Of a stretch of DNA of 64,000 nt, positions 36,988 through 45,006 are shown piece after piece. Source of the stretch: Candidatus Saccharimonadia bacterium (GTDB lineage: Bacteria; Patescibacteriota; Saccharimonadia; UBA4664); NCBI GenBank assembly GCA_035479295.1, contig DATIIV010000012.1:65010-129009 (forward strand), read 5' to 3'. The notes beneath the pieces were generated by a model. It was not told where the DNA came from, did no database searches, and saw only the letters and a list, made by a program, of their open reading frames with translations. The first letter of the stretch is position 1, and every line of letters starts with the position of its first letter. The position numbers were made by a program, and so were the translations under genes.

Positions 36988-37796
36988 GCGGGCGTAGGTC
37001 CTGTAAATGCTGGAAACTTGAAGACTTCTTGAAGACCCTCGCCCCGGAACAGCCAGCCAAATCGCTTTGGGTCATTAACGCAAAGGCGCGCCATCCAGTC
37101 CTCGATATCCACCCAAACGGGCAGGCTCAGACTTGAACCAAGGTAAGGCTTCCAACCTATCCCCTCGTAGTAGCTAAAGGGTTCACCAAGTCTGCGCTTG
37201 AAGCTGTTGTGAGCGGACTCATCAACTATTGTAACCCAATAGCGAGCAGCTTGCTCTAGTGTATACTTACATGCCATGTGGTAGATCGCCTTGGCGATCC
37301 GGCCCGAGTATGCGTGGCGATGGTAGGCCGGGACTACCCCCATTGTCACCATGTCTAGCGTAGTTTTGGGGCCAAAGTCGACAGCAGCGGCTTGTAGCGC
37401 CTGAGTTAGCGGTAGGTTCCAGTACCGACCAGGCTCGCTTGACTCGATGTCGGTGAGGCTTTTAAAGCCGAGGGGCGACCGTCTGATCACTCGCAACATT
37501 CCGGCTGGTAGACCGTTTGCATGGTCGATAAGGATAAAGAATGTGCTGTAGGGATCATATGGCCCATACTCTCTCTCTAGATCCTCTGGCGTGTCCCCGT
37601 AGAAAGCGAATACGTCCGCCTCCGCCAACCGCGCGACTGGCAATGCCCAGTGCGGTGTGCCGGTTTGGGGCTCGATGCGATAGACGCCAAATGGCTGCGA
37701 TGGCGCGGCATTACCCTGGTCCATGAGGCGGCGAATCAGGTCCTTAGAGCGAATCGTCTCTTCCCACTGTTCTCGCACTAGCCCCGTAGCGACCAC
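36984..37796 (-). CDS. GNAT-fold acyltransferase, LuxI / N-acyl-amino-acid-synthase-like (divergent), cassette A
   Basis: Shares motifs with 53094-53807 (E.LE...YD.YS.F; RYW.T; LG.P) and has the GVVPAYHRH GNAT-like core. Lower GC than the background. Confidence 0.4.
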   Translation of the reverse strand: MVATGLVREQWEETIRSKDLIRRLMDQGNAAPSQPFGVYRIEPQTGTPHWALPVARLAEADVFAFYGDTPEDLEREYGPYDPYSTFFILIDHANGLPAGMLRVIRRSPLGFKSLTDIESSEPGRYWNLPLTQALQAAAVDFGPKTTLDMVTMGVVPAYHRHAYSGRIAKAIYHMACKYTLEQAARYWVTIVDESAHNSFKRRLGEPFSYYEGIGWKPYLGSSLSLPVWVDIEDWMARLCVNDPKRFGWLFRGEGLQEVFKFPAFTGPTPA

Positions 37797-38137
37797 TAGG
37801 TCTCCTTAAACTCGATGTGTGAAGCCTTGAAATAACGCTGAGTAAACTCCACAGCGTTATTCACATTGAAAGCCTTGCAGGTATATATGTCAACGCTAAA
37901 GAAGAGGCGCGGTTGCTCCCAGGCGTATAGGTGAGCCCCCGATGTTTCCCAGTGAATCCAGCCAGCCCAGCCGTAGAGGTCTGAGCGGTGTGTCACCGGT
38001 TTGATGAGTGCTGTCATGCCTGTTACGACAGAGAGCTGTTCAAGGTAGTCTTTAATTTGGGCATCATCAATAGGTTGGGCGCAATAGCCCTCAATAATAA
38101 GCCGCTGCCGGTATATCTCCGGCGCTAGATCCCTCAC
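37796..38137 (-). CDS. S-adenosylmethionine decarboxylase-fold (SpeH/class 1b-like) small protein with atypical processing motif
   Basis: Aligns to SpeH: RQRLIIEGYCAQ vs GRHLVAEFYECD, and IHWETSGAHLYAWEQPRLFFSVDIYTCK vs [26 protein letters not shown]. The canonical ESH cleavage site is replaced by ETSGAH. Confidence 0.6.
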   Translation of the reverse strand: MRDLAPEIYRQRLIIEGYCAQPIDDAQIKDYLEQLSVVTGMTALIKPVTHRSDLYGWAGWIHWETSGAHLYAWEQPRLFFSVDIYTCKAFNVNNAVEFTQRYFKASHIEFKET

Positions 38138-38215
38138 CCCATAGCTCCTTGTTCAGGCCCATCATACTCTTCTTAGGACCGCTAAGTCTACGTAAAAAGA
38201 TGAAATTAAAGCGTT

Positions 38216-38734
38216 TTACGCCGCCCCAGCTGCTCCCGGAATCTCGTCCTTGGTATAGCCCGCCAAGATGCCGCGGACGATCTCCTCGACCTGCTTGGGC
38301 TTGTGCTCGCTCTTGATGATGTAGCGGACGGCGCCGAGCTCGAGGGCGGTCTGGACGTCGCTGTTGCCGGCCAGGTTGGTGAGCACCACCACCGGAAGAT
38401 TGGCCACGGCCGGATCGGCCTTGAGCTGCTTGAGCACCTCCATGCCGTTAAGCTTGGGCATCATGATGTCGAGCAGAATGAGCGTGGGGTTAACCGAGCG
38501 TGCTTTGTCGAGGCCCTCTTGGCCGTCGGTGGCCAGTTCAACCTCGTAATTATTCGAGGCAAAGATCGTCTGATACATCCGCGAGAGTAAGGCGTCATCT
38601 TCGATGATTAGAATCTTAGGCACACTGAAAACCTCATTTACGCCCATCATACACGAGGCAAGCGAGAAGCGGAAGCCCTTAAGCATAAGCTTTATCAAAG
38701 GACAAATTTCGCGGTTGAGCCGATGGAGCGGCAA
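38216..38734 (-). CDS. Stand-alone response regulator receiver (start probably internal, about 38647-38650)
   Basis: KILIIEDD ... LILLDIMMP ... VVVLTNL ... K. No output domain. Confidence 0.75.
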   Translation of the reverse strand: MPLHRLNREICPLIKLMLKGFRFSLASCMMGVNEVFSVPKILIIEDDALLSRMYQTIFASNNYEVELATDGQEGLDKARSVNPTLILLDIMMPKLNGMEVLKQLKADPAVANLPVVVLTNLAGNSDVQTALELGAVRYIIKSEHKPKQVEEIVRGILAGYTKDEIPGAAGAA

Positions 38735-38737
38735 ATG

Positions 38738-39106
38738 TTAGGACAGGAACGTGAGCGCGCAGGCCGCAAAGATGATGGCAATATCGCGAAAGGTGATGTC
38801 GAGCGAGCCGAGGTTGACTACCATAATGGCCACGGTGGTGGCGGCCGTCACGATGGCGGCGTACTGGCCGCGCCAGCCGGTGAGCAGCCAGATGGCCAGC
38901 GCCGCCTGGAAGGCCGAGAAGCCAGCCAACAGCAGGCTAGCCGGCGCCAGGTGTCGCAGCATGAGGGGCAGGTAGCCGATCCAGTTGTTGGGGTAGAGCG
39001 TGGCGGCCACGGCGGCGTAGGCAAACACGGCTGCGAGACCCAGCCGCAGCAAAAATCGGGCTCGCAGCACCTGGCGGGCGGTGGGCAGGGGGCGTAGTTG
39101 CTTCAT
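38738..39106 (-). CDS. DoxX-like small membrane protein
   Basis: 122 aa with 3-4 TM helices. Pattern is DoxX-like (LRLGLAAVFAYAAV ... LLLAGFSAFQAALAIWLL). Confidence 0.4.
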   Translation of the reverse strand: MKQLRPLPTARQVLRARFLLRLGLAAVFAYAAVAATLYPNNWIGYLPLMLRHLAPASLLLAGFSAFQAALAIWLLTGWRGQYAAIVTAATTVAIMVVNLGSLDITFRDIAIIFAACALTFLS

Positions 39107-39180
39107 GGCTGCATTATACTGCTTATGCTCAATAAGAGTTAGTGTTATGATGGCCGTACGGGGCTAATAAGAGGACGATT

Positions 39181-39603
39181 ATGAAGAATAAGAACGTTAT
39201 TATAACGCTCGTGGTAGCGATTATTATCGTGGTAGCGGTAGCAATTTATCTGGCTATGGCCGGAGGCAAAACCACCGGTAGCCCAATGGCTTCGGCCTCG
39301 CCGACGCCGCAAGCGGTGCCGAGTAGTCAGGCCGTGTCCACTATTAAGTACAATGTCTCGGGCGGCTTTAGTCCTAGCTCGGTCACTATTAAGTCGGGCC
39401 AGGCTATCACCTTTACGAATGATTCGGCCGACGAGATTCAGGTCGACTCCGATCCGCACCCCACGCACACCGATAATCCCGAGCTGAATGTGGGCACCAT
39501 TGCGGCTGGGCAGAGCCAGACCATTAAGCTAACCACCGCCGGCAGCTGGGGCTACCACAACCACCTCAACCCGAGCGACAAGGGGCGCGTGATCGTACAG
39601 TAG
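39181..39603 (+). CDS. Membrane-anchored cupredoxin-like domain protein (no Cys copper ligand)
   Basis: N-terminal TM helix, S/P-rich linker, then a beta-rich domain ending GSWGYHNHLNPSDKGRVIV that resembles the plastocyanin-type C-terminus but lacks Cys. Confidence 0.35.
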   Translation: MKNKNVIITLVVAIIIVVAVAIYLAMAGGKTTGSPMASASPTPQAVPSSQAVSTIKYNVSGGFSPSSVTIKSGQAITFTNDSADEIQVDSDPHPTHTDNPELNVGTIAAGQSQTIKLTTAGSWGYHNHLNPSDKGRVIVQ

Positions 39604-39607
39604 GCGA

Positions 39608-39638
39608 GGCCGGCCGGGCAAGAGACGCCCGGCCGGCC
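39608..39638. terminator. Bidirectional terminator between convergent genes
   Basis: Perfect 12-bp stem GGCCGGCCGGGC / GCCCGGCCGGCC with loop AAGAGAC. Confidence 0.65.
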
Positions 39639-39658
39639 ATAATTTGGTGGTTACGCTT

Positions 39659-40444
39659 CTATGCCTCCACGAGCTTGATGGTCCACAGATCGGAGGTCAG
39701 CTCGCGATCGGTGAGGTAGGCGAGCGGCAGGTAAAAGTAGCCGGCGTCGCCCCAGCGCTTGCCCCACGAGTTGCGGCAGATGAAGTAGCCAGCGGCCATG
39801 TCGTAGCCCACCACCAGGATGGCGTGGCCACCCAGGAGCTCCTCGTTGGGCTTCGGCACGGGAATGACGCCGGTGCGGTTGGCCTCGTCGCTCTCAAAGC
39901 TGGCGTAGACCGCGATGCCGGCCACGAACGGGCGGCCGGCCGCCAAGCAGCTGCGCATGTTGGTGTCGTCGCTCGTTACCTTGATGCGAGCGTACGACAG
40001 CACCTGGTTGGAGAGCGCGTCAGCGTAGCACTGGGCGGACGGCTTGACGGTGAAGCGGCTGATGTCGTACAGCCACTCGCTCTCGGGCGGCACGCCCAGC
40101 TTGGCCAGAACCTTCATGCCGTCGCGAAGGTAGGCGCCGGCGTCGGTGTCGACGGTGCCCTCGCGTGCGCGCTCATTGTAGTAAATGAACAGCCGGCTCG
40201 GGCCGATGGGCTCCTGACCCTGCCGGCGACGCTCCATGTCGTAGGCCGCCGCCAGCGCGTTGGCGGTGCAGCTGCCCAGCTGGCCCTGGTCGTACACGTC
40301 CGGGCAGTCCGGGCGCAGGTCGATGCTATTGGGCAGCTGCGAGGGGCGGATGTCTAGGCCGGCGCGGTCGAACTTGTGGTCGCGGGGGTCGCGCGGATCG
40401 GGGATATTCCCGAGGCCGTGGCCGCGGGGCGTTACGAGCGCCAT
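39659..40444 (-). CDS. Papain-like (C1A) cysteine peptidase, no signal peptide, copy 2
   Basis: QGQLGSCTANAL, GGHAILVVGYD, NSWG. Strong paralog of 31316-32113. Confidence 0.8.
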   Translation of the reverse strand: MALVTPRGHGLGNIPDPRDPRDHKFDRAGLDIRPSQLPNSIDLRPDCPDVYDQGQLGSCTANALAAAYDMERRRQGQEPIGPSRLFIYYNERAREGTVDTDAGAYLRDGMKVLAKLGVPPESEWLYDISRFTVKPSAQCYADALSNQVLSYARIKVTSDDTNMRSCLAAGRPFVAGIAVYASFESDEANRTGVIPVPKPNEELLGGHAILVVGYDMAAGYFICRNSWGKRWGDAGYFYLPLAYLTDRELTSDLWTIKLVEA

Positions 40445-40703
40445 AGAGGCTCCTCGATGTGGGACGGATGGGTGGCGGCGCCAAGGGCACCGTGGTTGTT
40501 ACATTACGATCTTAATTATGGCTTAGGGTAGGACAATTAATGCAAAATCCACAGATCTCTACCAGCTCAAGTTTGGGCGGAATTATCTTGCGCTACTGGG
40601 GCTGCTAATGATAGGGCTCGACAGCCATAAATCGATCCGCTATAGTATCAGGCGCCTTACTTTTGGCGTGGCATTCGCGCAGCATTACCGGTATGCTACA
40701 ACC

Positions 40704-42362
40704 ATGAACATAGCGGATGAACTCAAAAAGATACTCCAAGGCGAGGTTGACGATGCGCCGGCCACACTGCAAACCTATAGCCACGATGCCAGCCTCTTTG
40801 AGGTGAAGCCTCAGGTGGTGGCCTACCCCAAGGTGGCGGCCGATGTCGAGGCGCTGGTTAAGTTTGTGGCTGAGCACAAGGCCGAGCAGCCGAATCTGTC
40901 CATTACCGCTCGCAGCGCCGGCACCGATATGAGCGGTGGCGCCATCAACGACAGCATCATCGCCGACTTTAACCGCCACTTTACGGCCATCGAGGATGTC
41001 TCGGCCGACGAAGGCCACGCGCAGCCGGGCGTATTTTACCGCGACTTCGAGAAGGCCACGCTGGCCCAGGGCGCACTCATGCCCAGCTACCCGGCGAGCC
41101 GCGAGCTCTGCACCATCGGTGGCATGGTTAATAACGACTCGGGCGGCGAGAAGTCGCTCGAGTACGGCAAGACGCAAAACTTCATCAACGAGCTTAAATT
41201 CGTCTTTGCCGACGGCAAGGAGCGAGTGGTGCGGCCGCTCAACCGTGCCGAACTCGATGCCAAGATGAAGCAAGATGACTTTGAGGGCGAGGTCTACCGC
41301 AAGACCTTCGCGCTGGTGGACGGCCACTACGACCAGCTTAAGGCCGCTAAGCCGCACGTCACCAAGAATTCCACCGGCTACCATATTTGGGACGTTTGGG
41401 ATCGCGAGACTGGCATCTTTGACCTCACCAAAGTCATCGCCGGCGCCCAGGGCACGCTCGGCTTCGTTACCGATATTAAGTTCCGGCTGGTGCCGGCCCG
41501 GCCGCACTCTGGTCTGCTGGTGATGTTCTTGCACGACATCGACCGGCTGGGCGAGATTGTGCCTAAAGTGCTTGAATACAAGCCGGCCACCTTCGAGTCG
41601 TTCGACGATGTGACGCTGTGGCTGTCGATCAAGTTTATGCCGTCGTTCCTCAAGGTGCTCGGGCCGCTGCGTTTCATTAAGCTTCTCATTAGCCTCATTC
41701 CGGATGGCTTTATGCTCCTCAATGGCGTTCCCAAGCTCATTTTAATGGTTGAGTTTAACGGCGAGACTCGCGACGAAGTGCGGACCAGGATTAAAGCCTT
41801 ACACAAAGAGCTCCATCTCAAACACAGTTACTACGAGATCACCGCCACCGAAGAAGATCCCACCGAAGAGTCGTCCGAGAAGTACTGGCTGATGCGCCGC
41901 CAGAGCTTTCAATTACTGCGCAGCAAAGTCAAAGATAAGCATACGGCGCCGTTTATCGACGACCTGGTGGTGCCGCCGGAGCACCTCACGGAGTTCTTGC
42001 CCAAGATGCGGGCCATCATTAAAAAGTACGAGCTGTTTGCCACCATCGCCGGCCACATGGGCGACGGCAACTTCCACATTATTCCGCTTATGAAGCTCGA
42101 AGATCCCAAGGAGCGGGCCAAGCTGCAGCCGGCCATGAAGGAGACCAACGAGCTGGTGCTGAGCTTTGGCGGTGTGTTAAGCGGCGAGCACAACGACGGC
42201 ATGATTCGCGGGCCGTGGCTGCAGCAGGCCTATGGCGATGAAATTTACGAGATTTTTCGCCAGACCAAAGCCATCTTTGATCCGCAGGGCATCTTTAATC
42301 CCCATAAAAAGGCTACGGCCGACTGGGATTGGAGCATGAGCCACGTGCGGCAGTCGTTTTAG
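40704..42362 (+). CDS. FAD-linked oxidase (GlcD / D-lactate dehydrogenase family)
   Basis: N-terminal FAD_binding_4 domain (ARSAGTDMSGGAI) and a C-terminal FAD-oxidase domain. Start ATG at 40704. Confidence 0.75.
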   Translation: MNIADELKKILQGEVDDAPATLQTYSHDASLFEVKPQVVAYPKVAADVEALVKFVAEHKAEQPNLSITARSAGTDMSGGAINDSIIADFNRHFTAIEDVSADEGHAQPGVFYRDFEKATLAQGALMPSYPASRELCTIGGMVNNDSGGEKSLEYGKTQNFINELKFVFADGKERVVRPLNRAELDAKMKQDDFEGEVYRKTFALVDGHYDQLKAAKPHVTKNSTGYHIWDVWDRETGIFDLTKVIAGAQGTLGFVTDIKFRLVPARPHSGLLVMFLHDIDRLGEIVPKVLEYKPATFESFDDVTLWLSIKFMPSFLKVLGPLRFIKLLISLIPDGFMLLNGVPKLILMVEFNGETRDEVRTRIKALHKELHLKHSYYEITATEEDPTEESSEKYWLMRRQSFQLLRSKVKDKHTAPFIDDLVVPPEHLTEFLPKMRAIIKKYELFATIAGHMGDGNFHIIPLMKLEDPKERAKLQPAMKETNELVLSFGGVLSGEHNDGMIRGPWLQQAYGDEIYEIFRQTKAIFDPQGIFNPHKKATADWDWSMSHVRQSF

Positions 42363-42373
42363 CTTAAGCTAAT

Positions 42374-42403
42374 GGGGGATCTGGAATTGGGTCCAGATCC
42401 CCC
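42374..42403. terminator. Bidirectional terminator between convergent genes
   Basis: Perfect 12-bp stem GGGGGATCTGGA / TCCAGATCCCCC with loop ATTGGG. Confidence 0.65.
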
Positions 42404-42418
42404 GGTTGGGTGAGTGGC

Positions 42419-42847
42419 TCAGGGCCATTTGGGTTTATCGTACAGCGGCAGGTCCAGCCTCACCACGTCGGCGTTGGGGTTGCGGCGGACGAAGCCAAAG
42501 CGCAGCCTTCCGGTGATCAGCCCCCGATTTGTCTGGACGGCCAAGCTGCAGCTCTGGCCACAGGTAGCGCAGTCTTGATCGGTCCGCGGGAAGTTATTCC
42601 AGAGCACACCCTCCTTGGGGCTAGGCTGAGGCGGTCGGTGGCTGAGTATTGCGGCGAGCTGGTTGAGCACAGCCTTGGCGGTGGCACATTCTGTGATGGG
42701 CTGGCCGCCGCCGCAGACGGCATAAGGGTCGCTGTTGTAGACGAGGGTAACACTGGATCCTGGTACCGATACCTCGCTCGAGTCGTTGTTCATGAGGCGG
42801 GGCTTGCCATCAATGGCGAACGTGGGGTCGGGGCCTGATTCGTCCAC
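42419..42847 (-). CDS. Hypothetical Cys-containing protein
   Basis: 142 aa. Contains CGGG ... EC ... DCATCGQSC. No family recognised. Confidence 0.35.
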   Translation of the reverse strand: MDESGPDPTFAIDGKPRLMNNDSSEVSVPGSSVTLVYNSDPYAVCGGGQPITECATAKAVLNQLAAILSHRPPQPSPKEGVLWNNFPRTDQDCATCGQSCSLAVQTNRGLITGRLRFGFVRRNPNADVVRLDLPLYDKPKWP

Positions 42848-42914
42848 GGGTCAGATTATACGGCCAATGGCGCCGGTTGGGTAAGAGCGAAAATATTTAT
42901 CTGTGTCATAACTA

Positions 42915-42965
42915 GTTGTATCCTACAACCATTTCGCTCCCGTGAAGGAGGTTGTATAGTACAAC
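42915..42965. promoter_or_regulatory. Two copies of a 15-bp palindrome GTTGTA-N3-TACAAC in a divergent promoter region
   Basis: GTTGTATCCTACAAC (42915-42929) and GTTGTATAGTACAAC (42951-42965), centres 36 bp apart, upstream of the ndh-like gene. Confidence 0.45.
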
Positions 42966-43052
42966 CTTTTGGCAAACTAGGCTCGATAGTCTGGCCGCCT
43001 ACGCCGCAGCAACGGTAGACGCCGCCAGCTATACCGCCTATGATGGGACGTA

Positions 43053-44252
43053 ATGACAGACGCGAAGCCTAAAACGAATGTAGTGGTGGTGGGCGGCGGC
43101 TTTGGCGGCGTGCGGGCGGCCCGAGGCCTGGCGCGGCAGCCCGGGGTGAGCGTTACGCTCATTTCGAGCCATACTCATTTTGCCTACTACCCGCAGCTCT
43201 ACCATGCGGCCACCGGCGGTGTGCGCAGCGAGGCGGCTCTGCGCCTGGGCGAACTGCTAGCTGGAGTGCCGGTGCGATTGGTGCACGACACTGCCACCAC
43301 CTTTGATCCCGAGGCGCGTACGGTCACGACGGCCAGCGGCACGGTTTATCCCTACGATGAGCTAGTATTGGCTTTGGGTAGCGTTACTAATTACTTTGGC
43401 ATCGAGGGGCTCCAAGAATTTTCGTACGATATTAAGACGATCGACGGAGCCGAGCGATTTAAGCGCCACCTGCACGATCAATTGATTGCCGAGCAACGGC
43501 CGGAGCTGCACTACGTGATCGTGGGCGGCGGCCCTACCGGCATCGAGCTGGCGGCGGCGCTCAGCCAGTATGTTGGCCAGATTGTGGCGCAGCATGGGGT
43601 GCGGCGACCCAAGTACCAGGTGGATCTGGTGGAGGGCGCGCCGCGGTTGCTGCCGCGCCTGCCCGAGGCCTTTGCCCGGCGCATTCAGCGGCAGCTGGAG
43701 CGGCTGGGCGTGCGCGTCATGACCGGCGCGGTGGTGGAGGCCGAGACGGCCGAGACGCTGCGGCTCAAGGGTCAGTCCATTACCAGCCACACCGTGGTGT
43801 GGACGGCCGGGGTGAGCAATAATCCCTTCTTTGCCGACAATGCGGCGCACTTTAATCTGGCCAAGAACCATCGAGTGGAGGTGAACGAGCAGCTGGAGGC
43901 GCGGCCGCACGTGTATGTCATTGGCGATAATGCTAACACCCAGTACGCCGGCCTGGCCCAGACGGCGCTCGACAACGCCGACTTTGTGGTGGCTGATGTG
44001 GCGCGTAAGCGACGGCGGGTGGCGCGCTCAGCCTATCGCCCCAAGGCACCGATCACGGTGATCCCGGTGGGCACCGGCTGGGCGGCGGTGCAGTGGGGCG
44101 GCCTGCAATTATTTGGCTATGTCGGCTGGATCCTGCGCCGTTTGGCCGACCTGGTCGGTTACGCCGACGTGGAGAGCTGGCCGCGAGCCCTGGGCGTGTG
44201 GCTGCGTGACGGCCGCCACGAGGATCAGTGCGCCATCTGCGACCATACCTAG
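43053..44252 (+). CDS. ndh: Type II NADH:quinone oxidoreductase (NDH-2)
   Basis: Two dinucleotide-binding motifs (VVVGGGFGGV; VIVGGGPTGIELA). Length and order fit NDH-2. Confidence 0.8.
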   Translation: MTDAKPKTNVVVVGGGFGGVRAARGLARQPGVSVTLISSHTHFAYYPQLYHAATGGVRSEAALRLGELLAGVPVRLVHDTATTFDPEARTVTTASGTVYPYDELVLALGSVTNYFGIEGLQEFSYDIKTIDGAERFKRHLHDQLIAEQRPELHYVIVGGGPTGIELAAALSQYVGQIVAQHGVRRPKYQVDLVEGAPRLLPRLPEAFARRIQRQLERLGVRVMTGAVVEAETAETLRLKGQSITSHTVVWTAGVSNNPFFADNAAHFNLAKNHRVEVNEQLEARPHVYVIGDNANTQYAGLAQTALDNADFVVADVARKRRRVARSAYRPKAPITVIPVGTGWAAVQWGGLQLFGYVGWILRRLADLVGYADVESWPRALGVWLRDGRHEDQCAICDHT

Positions 44253-44280
44253 GCGGGGCGACCACCCAAGAGTATAGTAA

Positions 44281-44910
44281 TTGAGGCCTGCCGCCGGCAG
44301 GTTTTTCGGCTCGTCGAAAAGAGGTGGCATGCAGGAGTTAGCGGTTAAGTGGCGCTGGCTATGGCGCAGCAAGGTAGCCTGGCGCGATCTGCCTTGGGCC
44401 AAGCTGGCTCGAGTTGTGGCGCAGGCCTGGTGGGACGGTCCGCGCGCCGACAGCCTCAAGGCCATCGGAGAGGCCGGCTGCGTGGCTGTGTTCTGCTCGT
44501 CGCAGCGAGCCAATCAGGGTATGGCGCAGTACATGACCCAGGCCGATCCAGACATCTTGCAGGCGCTCACCTGGTATGTGTCGCCGGAGGTGCTCTGGCT
44601 ATTTAGCCACTACGGCTCGGTTGAAGATACTGTTCCGTTGCTTGAGTCGCCCAGCCCAGGTACGCATGAGGGAACGGCCTGGGTAACCGAGCGTATGCGA
44701 GAGCAGGATGAAGTGATCGTGGCAGTAGTAGCTGCGCCGTGCCACCTGCCACGCATTCGGGCCTGTTTCGAGACGCTGGGGGTACGGGTGGTGGTGCCGC
44801 GCGGCCTACGCTCTATCGGCTGGTCCGACTACCCGCTGCACTGGCTGAAATGGCGACTGCGCGAGATCGTGGTGGTCCTGGCCTACGCTCGGCAGGGCTA
44901 CATTCGCTAG
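44281..44910 (+). CDS. DUF218 (YdcF/ElyC-like) domain protein
   Basis: C-terminal VIVAVVAAPCHLPRIRACFETLGVRVVVP resembles the DUF218 H-x-P-R region. Start uncertain. Confidence 0.45.
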   Translation: MRPAAGRFFGSSKRGGMQELAVKWRWLWRSKVAWRDLPWAKLARVVAQAWWDGPRADSLKAIGEAGCVAVFCSSQRANQGMAQYMTQADPDILQALTWYVSPEVLWLFSHYGSVEDTVPLLESPSPGTHEGTAWVTERMREQDEVIVAVVAAPCHLPRIRACFETLGVRVVVPRGLRSIGWSDYPLHWLKWRLREIVVVLAYARQGYIR

Positions 44911-45006
44911 ATATTTACGGCAGTGGAACGGCCAGATTGCTGGGCCGTTCCACTGCTTAGCTCGCTAAAGCGCGCCAAAATGCGATTAATCAGGCATAAT
45001 CATATA

